Shown: positions 42,500 through 54,363 of the stretch, one piece after another
How positions within the stretch are numbered: the first letter of the stretch is position 1
Layout: every line of letters starts with the position of its first letter
Origin: Lytechinus pictus
Taxonomy: Eukaryota
DNA: 64,000 bases
Assembly (NCBI RefSeq): GCF_037042905.1
Contig: NC_087251.1
Coordinates: forward strand, 17,362,001 to 17,426,000
Reading direction: 5' to 3'
Translations under genes and position numbers: made by a program
The notes under the pieces: generated by a model
What the model saw: only the letters and a program-made list of their open reading frames with translations
Database searches by the model: none
What the model was told of the DNA's origin: nothing

Positions 42500-43090
42500 C
42501 CTTATGCTTGACCTCAATGCGTGTTCGCTTTTACACAACACATTATTTTGCGAGATACAAAGCGCTTTGAGATGCCATCCATGAGATTTAAAAAAAATCA
42601 AATTACCAGGCAGTGACAGTATTGTTGGAAGTACAGAGCAAAGATCAGGAATATGGTAGGTCTTCTCAAATTGTATTTGGACTGATCCACTTGAGGTTGT
42701 TGACAACTGGAGGAGAGGAAGGAGCTAATTCCATGGCCTTGGAGCAGTAGTGGAGAAAGTTGCATCACCAGTAGCTAATTTGTAGGTGCGTAATGATCAC
42801 AAAAATAAAAAGGCAAGTGCGCCTAGAATGAAAATGACGCACAAGGGATTCCTTAGAATACATGTAATCTGTCATTGACTTTGAAAATCAGGAGACGGAC
42901 ACTGATGTTCATGTATATCCTTTCCTTGACTTGCAGCCAGCAAAGTTGGCGTATGGCAAATGGCACAATAGATGCAGCATTCTGTACTATCTGCAGTCAG
43001 TCCAGATCGCCCTAATTCAAGCACGAAGAGCATTACAATAGTCCAGTGTAGATTGCGCTAAACCATGGACTGCTTTGTGGCAAGTAGAAA
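42500..43090 (-). mobile_element. Degenerate L2-clade LINE 3' fragment
   Basis: Broken translation AVHGLAQSTLDYCNAL...LQIVQNAA...LCWLQVKERI...GDATFSTTAPRPWN resembles the L2 ORF2 C-terminus. Confidence 0.65.
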
Positions 43091-45264
43091 TGTAAAAGGC
43101 ACTGTTTGATGTTATACTGGTAGGGAGCAGGTTCCAATAGCACTATGAAAGGAGTTACGAAACCAGATGAATGGGTGCAGATTCAGGACACCTTCCATTT
43201 CAACTTAAGGCATCTGCAAAAATAACAGAAGTAGATCAACATAAAGCCTTTCCTGCATTAACTATTTAATATTCATTAAAAACTACATGGTTTCAATATC
43301 AATTTCCAAACTTTTTTAAAAATGATTAAAAAACAATGTGGGGTTTGTTACATATTTATACTTCAAATATTAACATGTAAAGTCAAGTCGGGGAGGGGGG
43401 CTTGATGCCGTGAAGATCTGCTGCACCTCCAAACCATCTCTGTATAGGGAAGGACATTTTAAAGAAATTTTTTTAATATTTATATTAATCAAACATGATT
43501 TTAATTCATGCTTTTTTTAAATGTGTTTTAAATGGTTATGGGATAATTCCATCAGTTTGAATAAGAAATTACAAGTTGCCAATTTCACATAACGAAGATC
43601 AATTCTGATGTGATAATAAATGCATGTTAGGTGTTGATGTTTCACTTATGCCTATCTATTACGTTTGAATTGACAACAGCATGAACCTTGTAAGAGCATT
43701 AATTATTAGACAAGCTTTGTATCAGAGTGGTTACAAAATCAAAATTATTCAACTGCATCTCATGTTCATGCACATGTAAATAATCAAAATAACACAATAA
43801 TTATTAAAAAAATACCTTCCAAAAAGGATAAATTTGTACACACCATTATATCTGAATGAATATTGTTCTTTTAGTCCACCTATAATGATACAGCTGATGA
43901 GAGTTTGAATGATGGTATCAAGATGGTGCTTCTACCAGGGCTGCAAAAGAGAGAAAAAAATAAAATGTTAACCTCAATCATGCCAAGAAATTGCAAAATC
44001 TACAAGTACATGTCCCAGCCATGGCACATGCACAGTAGGTAAGACGTAAAATATATGGTGAAGTAAGCCTAAGGGTCTTACAAGTAATTCTTTGCATGTG
44101 CCACTCATTAATGTACATGCAATTTCAATGTTCAATTTTTACATGGAACTGTGACAGCAGTGTCAGTGTGAGGAACATATTAATGCAAAGAGTATTCAGC
44201 AACTGTCTGCAGCTTACTTTATGTCACTTCATTTTTTTCTTTTTACCAATAATAATATGAATCTTTTAAAGTGCATAGCTTTCGGAATGGGCAGGAACCC
44301 TTTCAAATATGGCTGGCAAAATGAGGCATTTAGAAAACTCTGTAGGATTTTTCAGACCTGTAAGTTATGGTCTAACTTTCAGATTTGAGAATTCTAGATC
44401 TAATCATCATCTTGATTTTTAACTTCCACAAATTAAAGACAATCTGTATAAAAGCTTTAAATATACAATAGTAATAGGCCCTAAATGTGGTTAAGTTTAG
44501 GCCTTACATTATTTTTATTTTATTTTTACTATCGGTAGGCCTATGAATATATTATTATTCTTATACTTTATCTTTAGCAGTTTTAGAACACATTAAATTG
44601 AATAGATATTTGACAAAAAAATCTAACAAATTTTGAGGTAAAATTAGTTTTCTGGAATCGCCAGATCAACCGTTGTGAAACTCTATTAGCGCCAAATTAC
44701 ACTCTAAACTTGTCATTAGAACGTCCAAACCGATACACGTCAGCCTGGAATCTAGTACTAGCACAATCAGCTATGCATTTGCACCAATTCCCTCTGTATT
44801 TTCTTGCATGTGGACGTCTCTCGACTTAAAGGTCATGTCATTGTGTTATATAGCTTGGGAATTGCAAGCAAGTGATCCTTTGAAAGGTTTACCTGCTTAA
44901 AATTAACATTTATTAAGCCTTAATTTTGTATATTTAGATTACAAAGGCTTGCAAATTGGAAAAATTAAATGTTTGCCCAAAAATTATTGTGGGAAAGGTG
45001 GATTTTTTAAGGGAAATCCATCTTTGTGTACCAAGTTCTACAGGCAACAGACTTGTCTAGGCTCCGTGAATGAAAATACCCCTAGTACAATGTAAAAATG
45101 ATAAAAATATCATCACAGAGTCCCCTAAGTACAGTTAGGACCATTGACAGATAAGGTGCCCCAAGATTGCGCTCATCCGAATCTGCGCGATTCTGATAAT
45201 GGAAGATACGCAACGACTCCAAACAAAAAATAATCTTTACACCTGAAAGAGCCTACATGTACTG

Positions 45265-45463
45265 TACTTACATTGTCTTACCTACATGTACTGCCCGATG
45301 CCTCCTGACATGTAGAGCAACAACAAAGGACCTCCACTCCTGGCGGCCAGTGGTTCTGGACCGTCTTCTGGAAACTCCCCCGGGCTAGGTCATATTCACC
45401 GACTTCATCTCCTCCTCAAATGTGATGCCAGGACAGGTAGTTTTGGGTCTCCCTCTCTTTCTC
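45265..45463 (-). mobile_element. Degenerate RTE-clade LINE 3' end
   Basis: RKRGRPKTT...FEEEMKSVNMT*...QKTVQN...EWRSFVVALH followed by a GTAAG-type tail. Confidence 0.7.
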
Positions 45464-45491
45464 CTGAAATGTCATAAACAGATCTATTCAT

Positions 45492-46598
45492 AAACAAGAT
45501 GAATGCCTCTGGCCGTCTCACCTGCATCACGCGATTCAATATAGCAGCAGTGCTGATTTTGAAAACTACTATAACTCGCACAAGATGTTCAGTGATACTT
45601 GGTTACTCTTATTTCTACGTTTTATGAACTAGACCCATACACTTATAGAGATATGATGGTAATTCAACAAATACCCCCAACGTGGCCAAAGTTCATTGAC
45701 CTTACATGACCTTTGACCTTGATCATGTGACCTGAAACTCGTACAGGATGTTCAGTGATACTTGATTACTCTTATGTCCAAGTTTCAAGAGAAAGATCCA
45801 TCAACTTTCCAAGTTATGATGGTAATTCAACAGATACCCCCATTAAGCCAAAGTTCATTGACCTTTGACCTTGGTCATGTGACCTAAAATGCGCAAAGGA
45901 TGTTCAGTGATACTTGATTACTCTTATGTCCAATTTTTATGAACTAGACCAACACACTTTCAAAGTTATGGCGGTAATTCAACAAATACCCCAATTTGAC
46001 CAAAGTTCATTGACCCTAAATGACCTTTGACCTTGATCATGTGACCTGAAACTTGCACAGGATGTTTAGTAATACTTGATTACTATTATGTCCAAGTTTC
46101 ATGAATCAGATCCATAAACTTTTAAAGTTATGATGGTAAATCTACAGATACCCCCAATTCGGCCAAAGTTCATTGACCCTAAATGACCATTGACCTTGGT
46201 CATGTGACGTGAAACTCATGCAGGATGTTCAGTGATACTTGATTAACCTTATGTATAAGTTTCATGAACTAGGTCCATATATTTTCTAAGTTATGATGAC
46301 ATTTCAAAAACTTAACCTTAGGTTAAGATTTTGATGTTGATTCCCCCAACATGGTCTAAGTTCATTGACCCTAAATGACCATTGACCTTGGTCATGTGAC
46401 GTGAAACTCATGCAGGATGTTCAGTAATACTTGATTAACCTTATGGCCAAGTTTCATGAACTAGGTCCATATACATATTAAGTTATGCTGTCATTTCAAA
46501 AACTTAACCTCAGGTTAAGATTTGGTGTTGACGCCGCCGCCGCCGCCGTCGGAAAAGCGGCGCCTATAGTCTCACTCTGCTATGCAGGTGAGACAAAA
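45492..46598 (+). mobile_element. Helentron-associated (HINE/DINE-1/pearl-like) element with internal tandem repeats
   Basis: Subterminal inverted repeat GTCTCACCTGCAT (45515) / ATGCAGGTGAGAC (46582), about six 150-190-bp tandem units, a (GCC)n tract, a terminal hairpin and A-run flanks. Family assignment is from structure only. Confidence 0.7.
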
Positions 46599-46644
46599 AT
46601 CTGACTTAAAATGGTGGGAATTAAAATAATGAATTTAGGGCATT

Positions 46645-47133
46645 GGCAAGAGTTCCATATGCACCCCCACTAAAATTGAAAATAAAAACATGAAGGTTCA
46701 GAATAATATATCGAGCACAATATAGAACATATATGATGGGGGAGTGGATAGTACTAGGAGTGGAAATACATACTAAAATATGGCTTTATTCCGTCAAATT
46801 TCGAGCATGTATGGATGTATCTAGTGTGTGTAATTGTCTATAGACATCGGTTTATTTACTCAAGGGTCTGTGAGTCAAGTCTAGACGAACTATTGGCTGA
46901 TAATCGTTAAAATACCCCTTCCGGCATCAGCACTTCTCGCTAGCATAGCAGGACAGGTCTTGACTGCAAATAAAACGAGGTGATCTCAAGTCCCAACTAA
47001 GGTGCCAACACAAGGGTAAAAAAAATATAGAAAAATCTGAAGTGAACGAACTGGAATGGAATTAAGTCTCAACAATCTTATTTTTTGTCATGTTGGTGGG
47101 GGGTACATTGGAATTGCATATGGAACTCTTTCC
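46645..47133. mobile_element. MITE with GG termini and 8-bp TSD (superfamily unclear)
   Basis: GGCAAGAGTTCCATATGCA / TGCATATGGAACTCTTTCC; TSD AGGGCATT. Confidence 0.75.
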
Positions 47134-47261
47134 AGGGCATTTCATGTGACGTCCTCAAAATGCAGCCTCTGTGACTGTGCTTTCTTATCGAAATCTTCGC
47201 ATCATGTGTAATAGGTCTGTGTAAAGTGAATAGGTGCGCAGACATCGGCCACTATTAGTAT

Positions 47262-48385
47262 TACCCAGTTGTTGTGTGTACGGACAGGTTGTGCATGTCC
47301 GGACGATCAATTTTAGAAAGTCATTTGGAAAAAATTACAAGCAAAGTTCCATCAATTTTTAGTACAAAATATGAGGAAATATTACAAAGAACAAAATAGA
47401 AGATGATAACAAGTATTGAATTCATATTTTTAGTGTAATCCAAAGATAAAAAGAAGGCTTCAAAAAGATAAACTATCCGGACACCCGACCCCCATCCTAG
47501 TACCAGTATGGTTGGAACTACATGTACCCCTTATCGACCACCTAATCTTCTAAGCATCATATCTGCGAAAATATTCATTGATTTTACCCAGTTTTCGTCT
47601 CATTTGTGCAGAAAATTGAGCAGATCAGATTCCCATGTTTCGCTCGGCGACTCCGATTCAACCCGTGTATATATCGATGACCAACAAATACGACGATTTT
47701 ACATTTGCTCATTTGCACCCGTCTTTTGAAACCGACCACCCGCCGTACACCAAGTTTACGGCCGATTCTAGTCACGGTGGCGAAATATTTTTATTCTTCC
47801 AAATCAATTCTACGATGTCAACAGGCTTAATAATCGTCTCACTACTTCCACTGCGAGCTCCGGCACATGATTCGACGATTGACGACGGATATTTGTTCTA
47901 AAGCCATTTCCTATCGGATTTCTTGGTTTTTCAGCGGGGTTTGGGTCTGGTCAATACAATTTTGATTAATTCTACTAAAATTTTACTCTTTGTTCCATTT
48001 TTTTGTCGTAAAATTGATTCTTACCGTTTCTATGGACACTGCGCCTACTCTCCCGCGCGTATCGTTTGTAATACGCAATAATTTTAACGCGCGCAAGGTG
48101 GTCGGTTTCAAAAGAGGTGGTCGTAATGTGGTAGTCTCACCATATGGTATACCCAGTTGTTGTGGGTCTGGACAGGTTGTGTGTCCGGACGATCAATTTT
48201 AGAAAGTCATTTGGAAAAAATTACAAGCGAAGTTTCATCAATTTTTGGTACAAAATGTTAGGAAATATTATAAAGAACAAACAAGAAAATGATTACAACT
48301 GTTGAATTTATATTTTGTGTGTAATCCAAAGAAAAAAAGAAGGCTTCAAAAATATAAAGTGTCCGGACACCCGACCCCCATCCTA
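47262..48385 (+). repeat. Two direct ~237-bp copies (47262-47499, 48150-48385) of a TGTCCGGACA-motif repeat; others at 38135-38368 and inverted at ~52787
   Basis: TACCCAGTTGTTGTG...GTCCGGACACCCGACCCCCATCCTA repeated. Confidence 0.8.
47509..48142. mobile_element. TA-flanked MITE, uninterrupted copy of 22874-23775
   Basis: Colinear with high identity; TGGT...ACCA ends. Confidence 0.8.
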
Positions 48386-48806
48386 CCACTAACTTAATAA
48401 TTTTGTTCAATCAAAATGTAAGTAAATGACCATGACTGGCCGAGATATTCTCCCAAGAAAATCAATTATTTCTCTTAATTTTTTATGAGACTTTTTGCAC
48501 ACTTACTCATAAGAATACAAGGAACATCATCAATTGAAAGATTTTGGGTACTGTAAAATAACAGGAAATTCACGTTAAATCTAAACTCAAATCGTTTAGG
48601 TGTGCTGTGTGCAGACTTGAGACCACCAGCCAGTGGTCCACATCACAGCAGCGAGCAGGCGCTCGGGGCCGGGCGAGCGCCCGGTTAGACAGGATGGGAT
48701 TGCCAGTGTCATGTCATTTTCATTGACGAAATCTTTAGCTAGTTGCAAGCCGGGGCATTTAACAAACTACGAAAAGAAAATCATAGAAAATGGTTATCTA
48801 ACTTAC

Positions 48807-49020
48807 TGTTTAGCCTACTGCAAATGTCTTCGAAGTCGTTGTCCATATCTATCCCGTATTCTTTAAGTAGTTGAATAATTATTATTAACGGCCTTCTTCG
48901 TTACACTTCTCGATCGAGCTCAATTAACTGCAACGCATGCAACGCAAACGGAATTCTTTTCAAACGTTGGCGGTAAGTGCGCATGCGCAAGCCTGTCGCC
49001 GCCCACCCCCCCCCCCGGCG
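48807..49020 (-). promoter_or_regulatory. Promoter and candidate first exon inside the 13-kb element
   Basis: Perfect TGCGCATGCGCA (NRF1 consensus) at 48978-48989 next to a GC box-like GCCGCCCACCCC. CpG-rich, with a consensus donor A|GTAAGT at 48807/48806 on the - strand. Confidence 0.55.
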
Positions 49021-49084
49021 AATCAATTTTTAATTTTGATAGGGGGTGAGCTGAGGGGGTCTAAGTTATGGGTTTGATTACTTT

Positions 49085-51600
49085 TTTGTGTGGTATTTCT
49101 GATTTTCAACAGAAGGGCAATAACACACAAATACCACATATTTGAATTGACATTACTACACAATGGGCTAATGTGGTTACATGCTAATTCCATGTGGTAA
49201 TTTTGATTCACCACAGCAGTATAACAATACCACACAAATACCACATATTTGAATTGACATTACCACACAATGGCATCATGTCAGTGGCGTAACAGGCGGG
49301 GGGGCTGGGGGGCAAGGTGCCCCCCTGGCGGATTTCACCGGGAAAATAAAAAAACGGGAAAAAGAAAAAAAGGGAGGGAGAAAGAAAGGGAAAGGGGGGG
49401 AAAGGGGAAAAGGAAAAGTGAAAAGAAAACGATTTTCTTTTAGTGGAAAAGGAAAAAAAGCGGGAAAAGGCACGAAAGAAGAACATTTGACAAAGAACAA
49501 ATCATTCCGAATTAGGCTTATGTGATGCAATAGCATGATGGGAAATAAATTAAAAATGACAATGGCAAACAATAGAAAGAAACTGAGGTAGAATGGAATT
49601 AGTCAAAAGCTAGATTAGAAAACAAAGAAAAGGGACAATAATAAAATAATAATAACACGACCGGGCTGCCGAGGATTGACAATAAAGAGCGGGAACAATT
49701 TAAAGATGGGCTGCATACAACATTGTGCTATAAGCTTGTTAAATTTTAAGCAAATCATAATTAAGCTACCGGGCTTTGCCCCGGACCCCATCTATATAAC
49801 CATATAAATTGGCGCTATATAATGCCCGCCGTTCAATCACTGGCGTACAGGCGCGGGGGAGGGGGGGGGGGGGTCTTGGTTCCACACCCAAGAGGAAATA
49901 AAAGAAATTATAGGAGAGTATAATGAAATGAATGGAAACAATGAAATGTGTTATTTGCTGAATATAATGGAAAAAATCCATCAAATAATTAGAATTTAAT
50001 TTCAATAGGCAATTTTTTTCCAGCTCGCTTTGCACGCTGGCGACTTTTAACAAAATTTAATTAAATTCAATTCACTTTATTGACATCCATTAAAAAGGTA
50101 CAATATACAATATCATATGAACAATAAAACAATACATAAACAAATCAATATAATGAAAAATAAAAAGAGTAGAACCAACATGCAGTGGATGTAGAATGTA
50201 AATTTTCCCTCATTGCTATCTTTTGCCCCCTCAAATATATTTGGTTCATTACGCAACTGGGTTGAATAATTGTGTTGTGTGAAAACTATATTCTGTATAT
50301 ACCCGCGATTTGATTAAAATAGGTTTAAATGGCTCTGATATCAAGAAGTTCCAGGGGCCCCGTCCCGGATCCCAACCGCACAGCACTGCCGTATATGAGT
50401 ATGGAAGGGTTGGGCCATTGGCCCCCAAAAGTTCTACAAACGAGAACAAAAAAAGGAGAAATGAAAGGCAAAGGCAAAGTGTAGGATATTTTATTTACTG
50501 AATATGATTTTCAAAATATCTCAAAGTTAGATTCTCATGAAAATGTGATTTTTTTTTCTCGCTCGCTTCGCTCGCTCAGGACTTGTATAAAGCAGCTTTT
50601 TGGCAAGTGTGTCATACTGCGCCCCTCGTTATTTTTACTCTTCACGCTTCTGCCGCAAAGATTCCTGTTCATAACATGGCGTACAGACCATAAAAAAGGG
50701 AATGGAAAGAGAGAAGAGTGAAATATATCTTGTCAAAATCTATCACAAAATTGGATTTTTGTATTAAAAATGTCAAAATTTTTGCTCGCTCGCTTCGCTC
50801 GCTCGCATAAAAAAAGAAAATTTCTGCCCGATACGCAATATCTGACCCCCTCAAAATAGTCGCTTCATTCATGGACCTATCACAATAGGTCCATGCTTCA
50901 TTACACCATTAAGCCTGTTCATACCATGATATGACCGGGAATTAAATGTTTGGCTCTTGCCCCCCCTGGCCACCGACCCCTGTTACGCCACTGCATCATG
51001 TGGTATTGCATTCATGAGGTAAGTTTGATTTACCGCAGAGCATAACACCACAAAAATACCACATATTTGAATTTACATTACCACACAATGGCATCGTGAG
51101 GTAAATGCATTCATGTGGTAATTTTGATTTACCACAACAGTATAACAATACCACACAAATACCACATATTTGAATTTACATTACCACACAATGGCATCGT
51201 GAGGTAAATGCATTCATGAGGTAATTTTGATTTACCACAGAAGTATTCAATACCACACAAATACCACATATTTGAATTTACATTACCACACAATGGCATC
51301 ATGAGGTAACATGCATTCCTGTGGTAATTTTGATTTACCACAGAAATATAACAATACCACACAAATACCACATATTTGAATTTACATTACCACACAATGG
51401 CATCATGAGGTAACATGCATTCATGTGGTAATTTTGATTTACCACAGAAGTACCACATAGACAACAAATTACCACAGCTACCAGCTGACGTTACCACACA
51501 AGGATATGGAAAATTACCACAGATGTTCATGTGGTAACCATGTGGTAACCTACATTCATGTGGTAATTCGTGTGGTAAAGCCGGGTACCACACAGATATA
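49085..51600. repeat. Right subterminal array (~103-bp units built from ACCACA motifs), interrupted by a hAT-like insertion
   Basis: Unit ccacacaaataccacatatttgaatttacattaccacacaatggcatc... recurs at ~49125, 49230, 51047, 51151, 51253 and 51356. Confidence 0.88.
49282..50993. mobile_element. hAT-like non-autonomous element nested in the right subterminal array
   Basis: TIR CAGTGGCGTAACAGG / CCTGTTACGCCACTG; perfect 8-bp TSD CATCATGT. Confidence 0.85.
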
Positions 51601-51622
51601 CCACACGACATTTTCGTAAGGG

Positions 51623-52485
51623 AAGGTTAATCAAGTATTACTGAACATCCTGCCTGAGTTTCAGGTCACATGACCAAGTTCAAAGGTCACTTAAGGTCAA
51701 TGAACTTAGACCATGTTGTGGAAATCAACATCAAAATCTTTGAAATGTCATCATAACTTAAATAATACATGGGCCTAGTTCATGAAACTTGGACATAAGG
51801 TTAATCAAGCTATTACTGAACATCCTGCCTGAGTTTCAAGTCACATGACCCAGGTCAAAGGTCATTTAAGGTCAATAAACTTTGGCCAAGTTGGGGGTAT
51901 TTGTTGAATTACCATCATAACTCTGTAAGTGTATTGGTCTAGTTCATAAAACTTGGACATATAAGAGTAATCAAGTATCACTGAACATCCTGTGCGATTT
52001 CCAGCTAGGTCACATGACCAAGGTCAATGGACTTTGGCCATGTTGGGGGTATTATGTTGAATAACCATCTAACTCTAAAAGTGTATGGATCTCATTCATA
52101 AAACTTGGACAGTATAAGAGTAATCAAGTATCACTGAACATCTCATGCGAGTTTTAGGTCACATGATTAATGTCAAAGGTCATTTAAGGTCATTGAATTA
52201 GGCCATTTTGGAGGTAATTATTAGATTGCTGTCATAACTTTCAAAGTTTATAGATATAGTTTATAAAATGTGGATATAGGGGTAATCAAGTATTACTGAC
52301 AAGTCTGAGGTCGCATGATCAAGGTCAAATGTCATTTATTGTCAATGAACGTAGTATTGTATAATGTATCATTATATGAATGGTGTTTTTGGTGAATAAT
52401 TATTTTATAGTAGTTTTCAAAGTCAGTACAGCTGCAATAATGAATCACGCGATGCAGGTGAGACTGCCAGAGGCGCTCCACTTGT
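51623..52485 (-). mobile_element. Third copy of the Helentron-like element, right part; the left part is 38463-38564
   Basis: The sequence resumes exactly where 38564 stops and ends with gatgcaggtgagactgccagaggcgctccacttgtt. Confidence 0.75.
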
Positions 52486-54363
52486 TCTTTTTAACGATAT
52501 CAGCTTCCAATCGCACCACTCTTTCCATGTGAAATATTTTGGTCACTTGAAAATGGTAATGGTATTGTAGGCCTATTACAGAACGTGTGTTTTCTGTAGA
52601 AAAAGTTGAGAAAACAGCAAATTCACTGATGAGCTTACATCATTTTATTATTTTGAGAATATGAAGACTTTGAAAATGTGTTTTTGACAAGTTTTCATCA
52701 TCTTTCTATTCAAGTTCGCTTTGGAAGGATCTTACAAAATGATCATATGAATTTCCTGACACATGCATTTGGTAATACAATCACTACAGGATGGGGGGTC
52801 GGATGTCTGGACACTTTAAAATTTTGAAGCCTTTTTTCTGTCATAATCTTTGCCTGGCTTGAATAACATCTTAAATTATGAATTCAATTAGGCACAGGAA
52901 ATACTATTTTTGCATGATAAATCGAGTGCACTGGTTAATGATCTTTAGATGTTTGCCACAAATCTGAGAAAGATAATTTGTTCAAATATCAAAATTGGTA
53001 TTGTTTTTATCGTTTGAAAACAAATGCAAATGCGTAGCTCTAAGTCTAAGACTAAGAGCATGAAGAGGAAGAGTAAGACTAAGTCAAGACTCAGAGTAAG
53101 ACTAAGTTCCCCCCCTCCCCCCATCACTGATCACACCACCAAATAAGTCAACTAACCTCTAGGCTCTACGACTACGGCTCAAGTCTAACGTTAGTCTTAG
53201 AAAAAAGGTCAAGGTCGGATGCAGGATCTTCTGACTGTTCCTCTAAATCTGCTAGCAGATAGAACTGACTGTGTCTTAGCTTCTTGACTTAGCCTAGTTA
53301 TAAACACTCCACTCCAGTTACACAATGAACCTAGCTATCACATGCACAAACAACGTGCTATATCCGGGGAATTAACTCTTGTGCAATGCGAATTACTGTA
53401 TCACAGAATCGTGATTGCCCCATTGGATATGTGTGCATAAGAATTGAACGTTGACGTGGGCTGCATGCCTCCAGCTAGCTCCAAAGAAGATCCGTAGAGC
53501 AGCTTGAGCACTAACATAGACAAACTTGCGCTCTTATATCTTTGCTGTACACATACAGCGCTTGACATATCTCCCGAGCTAGCCCTAGTCTGCTATGCAG
53601 ACTCTGAATGGCTCGTGAAGTGGGATCTGCAGCTGGTTTGCGAAGCAAACCAGCCTGAAAGGGCGAGCGAAGCGAGCCATTTCAGAGTCTGCTTCTTCTT
53701 TGGAAATCTTGTTCCCACGGTCAAAATAAGTCCCACCCACCCAAAATTTCAGAGAGCTTTCATTGGATAACTTCATCTGTCTGTAAACCAAATTTTATGA
53801 CCACTGAGGAGTATAGATAATCCCCTACTTCAACCACAGAGCCATGAGCAGGGTTATTATGTAATACCCTCGCTCAGGCCATCAGACAGTGTTTACATAT
53901 GACATTCCACTGAGCAGCTGCATGTATGGCCAAAACCTTGCTCCATGGCCCAAAATAGTGGATGGTTTTATCATAGCTCTATATATATATTCAATTCAAT
54001 TCAATCTTTATTTCGCAAATAGGATAAAAATACAAGGAAACATCAAATAATGTGATTAGATAATAAAAATAAATTGCGTGGCTTCCCATGAAGGTAATAA
54101 GAAACATGTGAGGCTCGCCAAAACATAGTAAAAACAAAACAACATTAATACAAAACAGAATATCATATCATTATAGTTAATAGTGTATATAAAAAGGAGA
54201 AAAAAGCACGAGTTGAGGGGGGTAGATACGTTACAAGTATGCATTGATATCATGTGTGAGAATTAATAATAATTTACTAGAAAATTTGAATACTGTTTTC
54301 TAAAAAAATATATAAATTGTGAATTAGTTATTATTTGGGGAATCTCATTCCATTGTTTGGGAC

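Larger units (their letters stand above)
38565..51622. mobile_element. 13-kb non-autonomous CACTA/EnSpm(CMC)-like DNA transposon
   Basis: TIRs CCCTTACAAAAATGTCCTGTGGTA / revcomp CCCTTACGAAAATGTCGTGTGGTA (22/24). The 2-bp TSD AA is defined by the interrupted host repeat (ccatAA|...|AAggttaatc versus intact ccataaggttaatc at ~46435 on the - strand). TTACCACA subterminal arrays at both ends. No transposase seen. Confidence 0.85.

Noticed and set aside
39450..49000. Transposase gene within the 13-kb element
   Set aside because: No long ORF, spliced frame or DDE-type motif could be assembled by eye; a translated profile search would be needed to exclude remnants.
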